From the sequence record JN673056: a stretch of DNA of 64,000 nucleotides; one strand, written 5' to 3'. Below the pieces are notes generated by a model. The model had not been told where the DNA came from, did no database searches, and worked only from the letters and a program-made list of their open reading frames with translations. Source of the DNA: Escherichia phage PhaxI. The position numbers and the translations under genes were made by a program. This document shows, one piece after another, positions 9,499 to 19,857 of this stretch (position 1 is the first letter of the stretch; each line of letters starts with the position of its first letter).

Positions 9499-9816
9499 TT
9501 ACTTGTTCTTACTCAGTCCCATCATTTTGCGGAACTTCATAGCCTTTTTCTTGCGGCGCTCGATTTTACGTTGATAGCCCATTCCCATACGCTTTTTAGA
9601 GCGGAGGGCTTTGCGGTTGCCGATCTTGCGAACACGACGTTCGCTGGCGTCCATAACTTCACAACGTGAACCATCAGCCGACAATTTGAACCCAGGGGCA
9701 CATTTCAAGCGGCGGCGGCGTTTACCACGAGCGTTCACTTTATCGATGACTCGCTGCTCGTCCATACGAGAGGCCAGGAAATCAGCGAACGTGGCGATCT
9801 CTGTGATTTCCATCAT
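9499..9816 (-). CDS. small basic protein, prohead core/internal-protein-like
   Basis: 105 aa, very Arg/Lys-rich; SD AAGGAG upstream; position as T4 genes 67/68. Confidence 0.4.
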   Translation of the reverse strand: MMEITEIATFADFLASRMDEQRVIDKVNARGKRRRRLKCAPGFKLSADGSRCEVMDASERRVRKIGNRKALRSKKRMGMGYQRKIERRKKKAMKFRKMMGLSKNK

Positions 9817-9824
9817 GCATCTCC

Positions 9825-9995
9825 TTACTGGCCGTTGTTGTTTGAATTCATATCGGCTGCGATAGAATCCAGAACATATGCTGTGCCTTGGTTTAATAGT
9901 TCTTGACTACGTGCATCAAGTTCCATGTTGCATTCTGCAACAGCAGTTTCAGTGTCACCGTCAATTACTGCACGAACGATATCAATTGCGCTCAT
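9825..9995 (-). CDS. small acidic protein (56 aa), not in ORF track
   Basis: ATG at 9995 with SD GGAGAT; stop TAA at 9825-9827; late-promoter-like CTAAATAT about 28 nt upstream. Confidence 0.45.
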   Translation of the reverse strand: MSAIDIVRAVIDGDTETAVAECNMELDARSQELLNQGTAYVLDSIAADMNSNNNGQ

Positions 9996-10036
9996 GATTT
10001 TGATCTCCGAATTAATTTTCTATATTTAGTTGAACT

Positions 10037-11719
10037 TTAAATACTATCGTCTGTTGAACCGGAGAATGGGATAGTCTCAGGTTTAAACTTCAACGGACTA
10101 ACATCTGAACCGCTATAATTGCCAGTTTCATCTGCTTGAACCTTCGGATAGAGACCTTTCTTCTTCTCTTCCGCGATCTTAGCCTGTTGTTCTTTAACTT
10201 CTTCGTCTGACATACGCAGAACATTCCGCATGACATAATCGATGGAGAATATAGAACCAACAAAAGGCTCAACAGTGTTCAGAGAAGCCAGGCGATCATT
10301 TAATATGGCGTTTTCTTGTTGCTCACGAATATAGCTATCAGAAGTGAATTCAAACTTAATAAACGGCTTGATTTTTTCATTCCAATCTTTTTCGTCAGTC
10401 ACGCCTTTCAAAATTAATTGGCGACGTAAAAACTCCATAAAGAAATGGGAGTAACGACGACGTAACCCAGCACAGAACTTGCTGAAACGCAGCTCTTCCT
10501 GTGTAATCTCCGCGAGGTTGGAACCCCCAATGTTAATAGATCCTTCCTCTTGGAGGCGGCTCTTAGGGATCATTAGAGCATCATAGAGTTTTTCACGGAA
10601 ATAGTTCACGTGATCCATTTCGCCCAATTGATTCCCACCCCCAACAGTCGCAATCTCTGTAGCATTCTGACCTTCGCGGCGCGGCAACCAATAATCCTCT
10701 GCAATACCCATAAGATGGGCATTACCTGTTATCTTACCAGTGGTGCGGTCATATGCGTTGCGGTTTTTGAATTTACCCATCATCATGGTCATGTATTCTT
10801 CAGCAGATTTCTTACCGAGAGTACCGACGTCAAGATAGAATGCGCGTTTCTCAGGGGCGCGAGTGATGGCATAAATTACTGTTGCGTCTTCAGTCGTAAC
10901 CAAGTTGTTCAACGGGCGGATTGCAGGATTTAAAAGCCCTGGGACAATACCGTTAGCCAATGGTTCTTCACCACTATCGATATAAACGATACTTTCGTCA
11001 TCAAACACGAGTTCTTGTTGTGAAGGTTGGAAGTTTTGAGAAGTACCTGATTGACCAGTGAATTGGTTCCGATTATAATTCGGATTGTAATAGTATTTCA
11101 GCGTTACAGATTCGATCGCTTCTATACCACCTTCACGCATTGCCTTTTCAACGATGTACACAGGACGAATACAACGAGAATCCAGCATGACCAATTTCTT
11201 GATCCCGCCCTTCTTATTCGTTGGGTCAACAATCACATGATACGCTTGTCGACCATCTACATACCATTTCCGAATCTTTTGATACGCCGTATTTTCAAAA
11301 TCCATCAAATGAATCACTTCTTTGAAACATTCGGTGATAGATTCTTTGACTGATTCAGAAATACCATCAACTTTGTCAAGATTGACTGTCACCGGAGTTT
11401 CGTCTTCCTCACATGTGACAACGTCATTAACAATGATGTCCACAGCTTTGCGGATTTCTGGCTGCTGGGCCATGGACTGATATTCTTCCACAACTGTTTT
11501 AACGCTGAGAAGTTCACTCTCAACGCCAACATAGTTGTAGGTGTTTGCACCGCCCTGAAGGATTATAGAACCGTCTTGAGCATCGTCCAGAGCAACAACT
11601 GTCGCCTTGGTGAGCAACAATTCATCTTGTTTTTGGGCTAACTTATCGGTGTCGACTTTGGCATTGACTAAACCGCCGCCACCAAACAAACCGAAGAACC
11701 CCATGCCGTATCCAGCCAT
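10037..11719 (-). CDS. portal protein (gp20-like)
   Basis: 560 aa; glycine-rich N-terminus; position between the tail tube and prohead genes; SD GAGGA. Confidence 0.65.
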   Translation of the reverse strand: MAGYGMGFFGLFGGGGLVNAKVDTDKLAQKQDELLLTKATVVALDDAQDGSIILQGGANTYNYVGVESELLSVKTVVEEYQSMAQQPEIRKAVDIIVNDVVTCEEDETPVTVNLDKVDGISESVKESITECFKEVIHLMDFENTAYQKIRKWYVDGRQAYHVIVDPTNKKGGIKKLVMLDSRCIRPVYIVEKAMREGGIEAIESVTLKYYYNPNYNRNQFTGQSGTSQNFQPSQQELVFDDESIVYIDSGEEPLANGIVPGLLNPAIRPLNNLVTTEDATVIYAITRAPEKRAFYLDVGTLGKKSAEEYMTMMMGKFKNRNAYDRTTGKITGNAHLMGIAEDYWLPRREGQNATEIATVGGGNQLGEMDHVNYFREKLYDALMIPKSRLQEEGSINIGGSNLAEITQEELRFSKFCAGLRRRYSHFFMEFLRRQLILKGVTDEKDWNEKIKPFIKFEFTSDSYIREQQENAILNDRLASLNTVEPFVGSIFSIDYVMRNVLRMSDEEVKEQQAKIAEEKKKGLYPKVQADETGNYSGSDVSPLKFKPETIPFSGSTDDSI

Positions 11720-11786
11720 GATCTAAGTCCTCAACGTTTTCTTGTAATTAGTGAGGGGGAATAACATTCCCCCAGCACCGAGGACA

Positions 11787-12320
11787 TTACAAAGACTTGT
11801 CAGAAACGGCTTGGAAATAACGCAAGTCGACAGTGAACTGTGTGTAAGAGTCCATTGCCGACATATCGAGTTCCAGTTGGCCGAGGTTTTGAGGCCAGCC
11901 GCCCTGTAAAGTCCATGTCTTAGTCACGTTGTCATTCGCGTCCAGAAGTTCCATGATGATATCACGGAAATAATCATCTGGATTCGCGCTGGCGCGGTTG
12001 TTTTCACTACCGTTGATGAATTGCTGCCACACTTCAAAAGCATTGTATGGAGCGTTGTTCACCACGTTAATGAACGTCACAGGAAGCGCTTCGAAACGAC
12101 GATCCCCTGGGAACGGAAGTTCACGTCCACCCCAGGGCACCAGAATTTCGCCCAGCTGACCTGTTGGGGTGTTGGTGGTTACAGCCAGCAAGGACACGTC
12201 ACGAATTGTGTCGGAACCAGCAACAAAAGAAGGAAAGTTTACAGTCACACGCCAGCGGTGTTGGCGTTGTACGCCGCCCCCTCGTGACATGGCTGCGCGA
12301 AACTCATTGACTGTCGCCAT
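11787..12320 (-). CDS. tail tube protein (gp19-like)
   Basis: 177 aa; directly downstream of the sheath gene region as in T4; SD GGAGAT. Confidence 0.6.
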   Translation of the reverse strand: MATVNEFRAAMSRGGGVQRQHRWRVTVNFPSFVAGSDTIRDVSLLAVTTNTPTGQLGEILVPWGGRELPFPGDRRFEALPVTFINVVNNAPYNAFEVWQQFINGSENNRASANPDDYFRDIIMELLDANDNVTKTWTLQGGWPQNLGQLELDMSAMDSYTQFTVDLRYFQAVSDKSL

Positions 12321-12350
12321 TTTTATATCTCCAAATAAGAGTACACAATT

Positions 12351-12809
12351 CTAATTAGTCGTCAATCTTTTAATCTTCATGGAAGAAAAATCAAATCCGT
12401 GGTCAACATTGCTTAAAACGGGTTCTATTTCACACAATTCCCAACGGGGATCTATGAGAGAAACAAGACCAATGTGTTCACCTGTGGATGTCAATTTTGC
12501 TGCAGTTTTACCCAGCATATGACTTCCATCATTACCGCCTTTATTCATGTTGTAACCCATCTCATAAGAATTATATTGAGCGATGAGTTGCTTCTCTAAT
12601 TCCCATTTATGGACTTCATCGGTCTGAGCAATTACAACGAAAGTAAATCCAGATGTTCCATACTTACGCATGGCATCATACAATTCACTTTGGACTCCAT
12701 GATGAAAAGCATTCGCAAAATGCTGATCATATCTTCGTTGTGGGTTATTGGTTACACCGATGTAGACCTTTCCATTAGTTATCGTTTCAATTTTGTATGC
12801 GTATATCAT
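12351..12809 (-). CDS. GIY-YIG homing endonuclease
   Basis: 152 aa; N-terminus IYAYKIETITNGKVYIGVTNNPQRRYDQH is a clear GIY-YIG catalytic motif. Confidence 0.8.
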   Translation of the reverse strand: MIYAYKIETITNGKVYIGVTNNPQRRYDQHFANAFHHGVQSELYDAMRKYGTSGFTFVVIAQTDEVHKWELEKQLIAQYNSYEMGYNMNKGGNDGSHMLGKTAAKLTSTGEHIGLVSLIDPRWELCEIEPVLSNVDHGFDFSSMKIKRLTTN

Positions 12810-12876
12810 TTCAAATTCACCTCTATTTTATTTAGTGTTGAACAATTTCGGGGTATTATGCTCTTGGAGGTGTTAT

Positions 12877-13665
12877 ATGATCGGTCATATCTACATGTTA
12901 ACCGTCGGTAAAAAGAAGTATATCGGACAAACTAGAAACGGCGTTGAGTATCGAGTAAATGAACATTTGGGTGAAGCAAGAAGAGGGAATAAAACTATCC
13001 TCTACAACTATATCCGAAAGTATGGAATTACCAGCCAAGAAATATTGCTAGAATGCCATGTCGATGACCTAAACTCTAACGAAATTGAACTCATAAAATT
13101 GCATAAGACTCATATCTCTGAAGGTGGGCTGAATATCAGCCGTGGCGGTCAGATAGACATATCTGGTATGGCCGCAGCATATGATATAGAAAGCAGGGAA
13201 TTCATCGGAATGAAACCAGTTAATGATGCTGGTTGGAATGTTTTGTTTGTGGCAAAACAATACGGTTTAGTACATAAAGAAGAAAGTAAAACAAAAATGT
13301 CCCAATCCCAAGCGGTCGTGTGGACAGAAGAAAAGAAAGAATTGCAATCCCGGCGAATTACAAAGGCATACGAGAATCCAAAATGTAAAGAAAATCTTCG
13401 TATCGCTATGAACAAAGTGCGTATGAATCCTGAATTTCAAGAGAAAATAAATCGATCTCTCGGGAGATGGTTTACACTTCTTTCACCAGCTGGTGAAGAA
13501 TATGAAATCAAGAATCTAAACAAATTTTGTCAAGAACAATGTTTGTGTATAGAATCTTTCAACATGGCATTAGCTGGAAGGATGCAGAATCCCATCCCTA
13601 AACCTTACAGGAAATCTTCATTGAAGAGAACAAATACCACAGGATGGCATATCAGTAGGAAATAA
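12877..13665 (+). CDS. GIY-YIG homing endonuclease with NUMOD-like DNA-binding repeats
   Basis: ATG at 12877 with SD GGAGG (track start 12793 is further upstream); GHIYMLTVGKKKYIGQTRNGVEYRVNEH motif; C-terminal lysine-rich helix-turn-helix-like repeats. Confidence 0.8.
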   Translation: MIGHIYMLTVGKKKYIGQTRNGVEYRVNEHLGEARRGNKTILYNYIRKYGITSQEILLECHVDDLNSNEIELIKLHKTHISEGGLNISRGGQIDISGMAAAYDIESREFIGMKPVNDAGWNVLFVAKQYGLVHKEESKTKMSQSQAVVWTEEKKELQSRRITKAYENPKCKENLRIAMNKVRMNPEFQEKINRSLGRWFTLLSPAGEEYEIKNLNKFCQEQCLCIESFNMALAGRMQNPIPKPYRKSSLKRTNTTGWHISRK

Positions 13666-13690
13666 AAACCCCGCCGAAGCGGGGTTGTTG
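13661..13690. terminator. bidirectional hairpin terminator between convergent genes
   Basis: CCCCGC-CGAA-GCGGGG hairpin flanked by A-run and T-rich stretch. Confidence 0.5.
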
Positions 13691-13692
13691 TC

Positions 13693-15588
13693 TTAGGATG
13701 CAGCAACGATGCCGCCGCCTGATTCGATCTCGGAGAATTCCATATCTGGTCGAACTGCAGCAAAATCCAAATATACCCAATTAATGCTGTACTCAGGCTT
13801 CAACCAAATGCCTGCAACCATGGTGTTGGCTGCGATAACATCAGCAGTGTTGTTATCTTCGTCACACTTGACTTTACCATCGTAGATCGCACCCATATTT
13901 GCCAGTTGGCGAATATAAGGACGAACAGCGTTGCTGAACAGGCTGCGAGTGAACGCATCATTGTTCTCACCAAGGTAATATTTGGCGATTGCAGCGATGT
14001 TCTGTTCTGCCATAATGAACAAGCCACGAACATTGATACGATCGAAAGCAGACGGACGAGTCAGGCCAGTTTTGTCACCATACAACACGATACCTTCATT
14101 GGAGAAGGTTACGATGCTGTTAATCTGGTTGCGGTACAACACGGCACGTTCATCGGAAGACGCAGACCACGCCATTCGATTGTAGTTGTTGTATTTGCCA
14201 CGGTTGTGGAACGCAGGAGATTTGTAGATACCCGCGATTTCAATGCTTCGCGCCCAAACACCTGCGGTGCCACCACAAGCCGGAATCCAACGCATTTTGT
14301 CGTTGTACTTGTCGTACACATATGCCCAGTTATCATCCATGAAGAAATAAGAAGAGTCGCGAACAAGGCTTTCACGCCAAGCAACGACATCATCCATTTC
14401 ACGACCACGGTTGCCAACAACCGTATCACGGAGCGGGGATACGAAAGATACCGTATCTTTTCGCTCAGTAGATAAGTCGATCAATGCTTGTTGCTCAATC
14501 AGTTCTTCACAGTACGCAAATACTGGCTTCGCATCATATGCTTCAGCATTGTTCAAGACTTGGATAGCTGCCACGCGGTTGATGTTATAATCGTCTACGC
14601 CGCCTTCTAATTCAACAACACCTGCGGACAGAGCGGTAGCGAAGGTGTACACCCAATTTGATGTATCATTGATGACATCTTTGAAGTACGCATTCGCGCC
14701 ATCGGACTTTTTGGAACCCTGTGTGTTCTGCATGAGTTCGTATTTTTCGATAATAGAACCAGATGCGCCAACAGTGGTAATCACGGCGGTTGCAGTCAGC
14801 CCCTTATCATCTGGAACAATAGCAGTAACTGTCTGGGGACCAATAGCTTTATGGGTCACGATGACAGTGTTGGACTTCACGACAACAGAAGAATAAACAC
14901 TTGTCAGGGAAGTTAGTGCTGTACCGATTTTGGTTGCCAAATCGGCTGGAGTATCAGTATCCAGATATGCGATATCTTCACCTGCCACACTGATGGTGCC
15001 AGCAGCAGTAGCCGTACCAGAAACGGAGATACGGTCAACCTGACCGACCGCGCCAGCAGAGTCGGTAATGCGACCAACTTTGTCTACGACAACTACATGG
15101 AATTCACCAGACTGAGGTGCGTATGCAAAGTTATTACGGAATTCCCAAGTTGAGAATCCAGCAGCATCACAAACATTGATAGCAATATCATTACCCAGGG
15201 AACCTGGATAACGACCAGTCCAAGTGATGGACGCCGAAGGACTTGCTGTTTCAAAATCCAGTTTGTTTTTGATCGCAATCGCTGTCTGACCTTTGGTAAC
15301 AGAGTTCTTGGCCAGAGGACCAACAACACGGGTCACCCATGCCATAGAGCTGTAAGACAAAAAGTCCGCGATTACGAGAAAATCGGTCGCAGTACTGTCG
15401 TTGGGTTTGAAGAATTTCTTCACCAAACCTGTCTCACCACCAGTCACCAGCACTGGAAGTTCAACTTCACCCCATTGAAATTTGCCGACGGTCGCGCCCT
15501 GAACAACAACGGACGGGGACGTCTGAAGCGTGGCATCACGCTCAGTCCACTGAACGGACGGCGCAACGCTGAAGCTTTGAGTTGCCAT
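13693..15588 (-). CDS. tail sheath protein (gp18-like)
   Basis: about 631 aa from ATG at 15588 with SD AAGGAA (track start 15621 is TTG); size and position match T4 gp18; CTAAATAT motif about 45 nt upstream. Confidence 0.7.
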   Translation of the reverse strand: MATQSFSVAPSVQWTERDATLQTSPSVVVQGATVGKFQWGEVELPVLVTGGETGLVKKFFKPNDSTATDFLVIADFLSYSSMAWVTRVVGPLAKNSVTKGQTAIAIKNKLDFETASPSASITWTGRYPGSLGNDIAINVCDAAGFSTWEFRNNFAYAPQSGEFHVVVVDKVGRITDSAGAVGQVDRISVSGTATAAGTISVAGEDIAYLDTDTPADLATKIGTALTSLTSVYSSVVVKSNTVIVTHKAIGPQTVTAIVPDDKGLTATAVITTVGASGSIIEKYELMQNTQGSKKSDGANAYFKDVINDTSNWVYTFATALSAGVVELEGGVDDYNINRVAAIQVLNNAEAYDAKPVFAYCEELIEQQALIDLSTERKDTVSFVSPLRDTVVGNRGREMDDVVAWRESLVRDSSYFFMDDNWAYVYDKYNDKMRWIPACGGTAGVWARSIEIAGIYKSPAFHNRGKYNNYNRMAWSASSDERAVLYRNQINSIVTFSNEGIVLYGDKTGLTRPSAFDRINVRGLFIMAEQNIAAIAKYYLGENNDAFTRSLFSNAVRPYIRQLANMGAIYDGKVKCDEDNNTADVIAANTMVAGIWLKPEYSINWVYLDFAAVRPDMEFSEIESGGGIVAAS

Positions 15589-15630
15589 AATATCATTCCT
15601 TCTCGGTAGAGTTTCGCTCAATTTGAAAGA

Positions 15631-15637
15631 TATTTAG
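15631..15637 (-). promoter_or_regulatory. late-promoter-like motif CTAAATAT
   Basis: About 45 nt upstream of the tail sheath ATG. Confidence 0.4.
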
Positions 15638-15640
15638 TGA

Positions 15641-17851
15641 TCAATTCTTAAACCACTCATCCATGGTCATCCCTGACATTTCGTTGAAAACTTGAATACC
15701 CCCGAAACCAGGCAAATGCTCAGTTTCGGATGGGGTGTCTCCAACGACTAAACCGCCAAATGGGAATACCTGCTGGGATTCAGTTGAAGACATTCGGTTT
15801 CTCATGTCCTGAGAAATACTTGTAGATGTCAAGTCACTGAACCATTCTTGTTTTACCGCCCATGAATATAAGACCAACGGCATGACACAGTCATCGTGAC
15901 AACCGTCATCGGCTTCATACCGAGCGCCTTTGAACACAAATGTACTGAGTTCATCTATCGTGTCCTGGTCTTCTATCACCAACATTTCTTTCTCAATGAG
16001 CGCTTTCAGGTTAGCACAACCGATAGATCGGACTTTTCTGTTGGTATTGATACCAGGTTCCGGTTTACGTCCACCAATCCGTTTCCCCGTCCCTTTGTTA
16101 TCTGTTGATGTGAATATGATTTCTGGATATTCTATCTCTTGATAAAGAATTGTAATAACCTGACCGCCGACGTCGTTGTTTGTTTCAACAAGGACAGGAC
16201 ATTCCCCGTATTCGGTGCACATATCAGCTATCGTGTATGCATACATCATAGGAGGTATCGTATTATTCCTGTACTTGGCTGCTATGACATGCGGATATTC
16301 AGTTATATCCAGAATTGTTAAGACGGAATAATCTCCTTCCACCCCCTTCCCAGTGTCCGCAATCCCAAAGTAGAGACGTTGTGGGTCGTATTCCTTATAA
16401 ATCTTGGTGAATTCATTAGGTTCCCGATACAACTTGGACGTCATTTTATCTAAGCATTTGGCCGGAATCAATGAACCCACGGAACCACGGAACTTAATGC
16501 CAAATTCTTGATCGAAACGAGCATCCCCCAGACGGGCACGTTGTTTGGTTTCCCAATCTGGATCTTTGGTATATGCCGGAACCTTATACCATGGGACTTC
16601 AGTTAGGTGGAAGTCGTTGTATGGTGGATGGCGTGGATCTGCTTTGGTGACAATATCATAGAACAACCCTCGCTGGCCTTTCGGAGTACTTGTCAAAATA
16701 CAGCGTGATGTATCGGCAGATGCAATGGCTGGGAAAGTTGATTCCCAAAATTCAAAGTCGTTTTCGATAAACGCGACTTCGTCAACATACAGGAGCGATC
16801 GACGACCACGGATGGAGTTCCGAAGACTCGTGGCATAAGCGTATATCTTAGAACCATTCTCAAACTCTATCAGGGTAGAACCAAACTTCTCACAACCCTG
16901 CTGAAGGAAGAATGGAAGGTCTTGGTATGCCTTTCTGATACGGTCAAGAATTTCTATCGCTTGTTTCTCTTTGTTTGCCAGTACTGCGATTTCCTTATCA
17001 GAATGGAACATCGCGTACCAAAGAAGAAACGCCGCCACCACGGTCGTGTTATGACTGAGAAAGCCATTCGTGTAATAACGTTGATCACTAGATTTGACCT
17101 GCAGATCGTACATATGGTGATATTCACCAGTCTGCCAAATCTCACGGATTTCTTCTGGACCTTCGGTCGTCATGATGTATGACCCAGCATTCAGGTCTTT
17201 GGCAAATATCTCCTTCATGTCCGGAGTGAAGAACATATGTTCATCGGCCACGTTAATTCGCCTTCCGGTAACGGTGACAATAACGAATTCCGCATATTTC
17301 TTCGTCTTATGCGCTGCGATAACCGGAACCCAGCCACTATCGGATTGTACAAAGTAACGTTTGCCGAAGCGGCTGTCCACGAACTTGTCATGGTTGCCAA
17401 TGGTATTCAGCGGCACAGCGTGGTTGACGTCCTCGAAGCGGCTGTGAAGCTCCCCTATAGTCAGGAGCAACTCCTCTTGGCTGAGAGTATCGTAAACTGT
17501 GACAAGCGTGTCGCCTTTTACACATTTTCCGGACTGACGAGCCTGGACGACCGCATTAAATCGATAGTCCTGAAAGTCGTGGAACAACTGCTTCTGATAA
17601 TCATGCATATCGAAAAGGATAAAGCCCTTATCGATCGTGGTTATCTTGTAATAGTTGGCGGCGAAGTAGTGTGCATCCATAGAACATTCAACGAATTCGT
17701 CTTCTTGTTCATCTGTCAGCATTAACTCGACTCGAGGAGCACGCACAGAAAGTTTGCGCATGAACGTTTGGTCCATACGCAATTTTACATCGTCTATTTT
17801 GAACCCCGTTTTAATTGGGGCATATTCTATATCACGCTTCTGATACGCCAT
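15641..17851 (-). CDS. gp17: terminase large subunit (gp17-like) containing a mini-intein
   Basis: 736 aa; Walker A QARQSGK is interrupted and resumes with TTVVAAF; overlaps the small terminase gene at its 5' end; SD GAAGGAAG. Confidence 0.85.
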   Translation of the reverse strand: MAYQKRDIEYAPIKTGFKIDDVKLRMDQTFMRKLSVRAPRVELMLTDEQEDEFVECSMDAHYFAANYYKITTIDKGFILFDMHDYQKQLFHDFQDYRFNAVVQARQSGKCVKGDTLVTVYDTLSQEELLLTIGELHSRFEDVNHAVPLNTIGNHDKFVDSRFGKRYFVQSDSGWVPVIAAHKTKKYAEFVIVTVTGRRINVADEHMFFTPDMKEIFAKDLNAGSYIMTTEGPEEIREIWQTGEYHHMYDLQVKSSDQRYYTNGFLSHNTTVVAAFLLWYAMFHSDKEIAVLANKEKQAIEILDRIRKAYQDLPFFLQQGCEKFGSTLIEFENGSKIYAYATSLRNSIRGRRSLLYVDEVAFIENDFEFWESTFPAIASADTSRCILTSTPKGQRGLFYDIVTKADPRHPPYNDFHLTEVPWYKVPAYTKDPDWETKQRARLGDARFDQEFGIKFRGSVGSLIPAKCLDKMTSKLYREPNEFTKIYKEYDPQRLYFGIADTGKGVEGDYSVLTILDITEYPHVIAAKYRNNTIPPMMYAYTIADMCTEYGECPVLVETNNDVGGQVITILYQEIEYPEIIFTSTDNKGTGKRIGGRKPEPGINTNRKVRSIGCANLKALIEKEMLVIEDQDTIDELSTFVFKGARYEADDGCHDDCVMPLVLYSWAVKQEWFSDLTSTSISQDMRNRMSSTESQQVFPFGGLVVGDTPSETEHLPGFGGIQVFNEMSGMTMDEWFKN
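17048..17524 (-). mobile_element. mini-intein (159 aa) inserted in the terminase P-loop
   Basis: Begins CVKGDTLV (intein block A) directly after GK of the Walker A motif; ends YDLQVKSSDQRYYTNGFLSHN followed by extein T; excision would restore QARQSGKTT. Confidence 0.75.
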
Positions 17852-18512
17852 CGTCTTCTTCCTTCACATCAACTGTTTCACCATCAATGATTTCATCTTC
17901 TGGTTGTTGTGCGGCCTTTGCTTGTGCTCTTTCTTCAGCGCGACGGCGGGCATCTTCAATCGTCTTCAATAAATCGCGAGAAGATCGCGCCTTTTTCCCA
18001 ACCGATACTGTTGTTGTTCCGTCTGGTGAAGTTGTAACATCCACTGTCGTGTCATCAACAGGTGGTTCTTTATCACCTGTTACTGCCTTGATGGTTTTCT
18101 GGTTTTCCATCAAGTCTTTATTCAGACCGCGCATGAGTTCACCCAATTCACGGAAAACAGAAAATGCTCGCGGAGCTTCTGTGGATGCAGCCAATTTAGC
18201 GGCTTGTCCCATCATGAACATTGTGGCTTCTTGCATAGCATATGTTGTGTCGCGTATCCGTTTGTAATCCGTTGTAGCATCAGTGTCCGCAAACTCAGGT
18301 ACTTTGGATTCCTTGGAAGCAATATCCTCCAATGAAGGCGGTTCAGGAATCGGCTGATACCCTTCCGGACGTTCACCAAACCATTCACCTGTATTTTCAT
18401 CGAAGTCAATACCTGGACGAGGGGCGACAGCCTCCATCGCCTCCTTCCCGACTTCGTCTCGGGCAGTCACTGCATCAAGCGTGGCGAGTAACCTTTCTGA
18501 CATATTGCTCAT
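17832..18512 (-). CDS. terminase small subunit (gp16-like)
   Basis: 226 aa from ATG at 18512 with SD GGAGGA; acidic; immediately upstream of and overlapping the large terminase gene. Confidence 0.5.
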   Translation of the reverse strand: MSNMSERLLATLDAVTARDEVGKEAMEAVAPRPGIDFDENTGEWFGERPEGYQPIPEPPSLEDIASKESKVPEFADTDATTDYKRIRDTTYAMQEATMFMMGQAAKLAASTEAPRAFSVFRELGELMRGLNKDLMENQKTIKAVTGDKEPPVDDTTVDVTTSPDGTTTVSVGKKARSSRDLLKTIEDARRRAEERAQAKAAQQPEDEIIDGETVDVKEEDDGVSEA

Positions 18513-18514
18513 GA

Positions 18515-19213
18515 TCAATCCTCCGGATGATGTATGCCGTCTTTATCAACTCGGAACCACTCAGGAAGTTCCGACCATGGCATGTTCAAATCATTAGACA
18601 TTTCAATAATTATCTCTTTGATGACGTTTGGGTCCCCACCGCCCGAACCATCATCAACCCAATAATCTTCTCCATAGATGTGACCATGTAATTGAAAATT
18701 GAATGAACAATCTATGTGTGGTGATTCTGTTGCGTCTCCTTCCCAGTTGTCAGAAATCGTGTGATTTACCAACATTATCTTCACGTTCTGATCTTGAGAT
18801 AGCGTATCCGTGTCTTTTATCTGACAATCAATAGAAGGAGTGAACACAGAATAAATTTGTTCTAATACTTGCAACATTTCGACCAATTTTTTAGTTCTGA
18901 TATTGTATTCAAAATCTATAATGATCGGAATGCGTTGTTTGGACCGTGCCGTAGCGGTCGATATTTGGTTGTGGTATGACTTCGTCACCTGTTTATTGAT
19001 TTCGAACTGACCAAAGGACATTGTTGCAAATGGCAGCATATTGGCTGGCACGTTCCTGTTGAGGTCATTACGGCGGCCAATGGCCATATGCAGCGGGATT
19101 TCCATCAAGCCACGTTCGGTTTTGACTTTTAAATCTGACATGATAGCGTTGAACACATGTATGTATTTCAACAATGATTCATGATAGAAATATTTTTCAA
19201 ATGGTCTGGCCAT
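18515..19213 (-). CDS. tail completion/sheath stabilizer (gp15-like)
   Basis: 232 aa; position in the T4 13-14-15-16-17-18 order; synteny-based. Confidence 0.45.
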   Translation of the reverse strand: MARPFEKYFYHESLLKYIHVFNAIMSDLKVKTERGLMEIPLHMAIGRRNDLNRNVPANMLPFATMSFGQFEINKQVTKSYHNQISTATARSKQRIPIIIDFEYNIRTKKLVEMLQVLEQIYSVFTPSIDCQIKDTDTLSQDQNVKIMLVNHTISDNWEGDATESPHIDCSFNFQLHGHIYGEDYWVDDGSGGGDPNVIKEIIIEMSNDLNMPWSELPEWFRVDKDGIHHPED

Positions 19214-19215
19214 GA

Positions 19216-19857
19216 TTATTCCCCGAAGTCTATCTTCATTTTATTGGGCGAAAGATCTTTCTCTATTTCGTCCGCAAATTGGTTATCCGTTTGCAGGCTG
19301 GCGTCTTTGTACACACCGTCTCCTTCCAGATCCTGCAATCGTTTATCGATATCGTCTATTTCAGATACACCTGTATCGAAATCTTCGTTACCGTATTGGA
19401 ACAACGTACATGGTAGGGAATATGTGTACCATTTCCCAAATTGCATGAATTCTTCATCGTTATTCGGGTTATTCACTTTAAATATTTTGTTAGCCATAGG
19501 CAGATATATCAAATCACCTTCTTGAGGCATTTGTTCAAGGCCTGGACCATTACCAATAACTTCTGAAAAACGACGACGAGCAATAGTGAATGTCACTTCA
19601 TCTTGTAATTGGATACCGCCGAACTTTTCCCACATCTGTGTGTTGAAGCCTTGATAATCCTGCATATAAACTTCGATGTCAAACGCTTGGTCGAATTTGT
19701 GTTCGGCCTCGTTTAAAATTGGGTATTTTTCAACAATAGAACGTGGGATATACTTGACGTCAATCCCACGCAATTGTATCATCTCGACCACCAAGTCATC
19801 AATTAATTTTTGAGTACCTTGGTGTGAAGTGTAATTAAAGTATCGAGAAGTAGCCAT
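19216..19857 (-). CDS. neck protein (gp14-like)
   Basis: 213 aa; synteny; SD GAGGAAAA; CTAAATAT motif about 26 nt upstream. Confidence 0.45.
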   Translation of the reverse strand: MATSRYFNYTSHQGTQKLIDDLVVEMIQLRGIDVKYIPRSIVEKYPILNEAEHKFDQAFDIEVYMQDYQGFNTQMWEKFGGIQLQDEVTFTIARRRFSEVIGNGPGLEQMPQEGDLIYLPMANKIFKVNNPNNDEEFMQFGKWYTYSLPCTLFQYGNEDFDTGVSEIDDIDKRLQDLEGDGVYKDASLQTDNQFADEIEKDLSPNKMKIDFGE

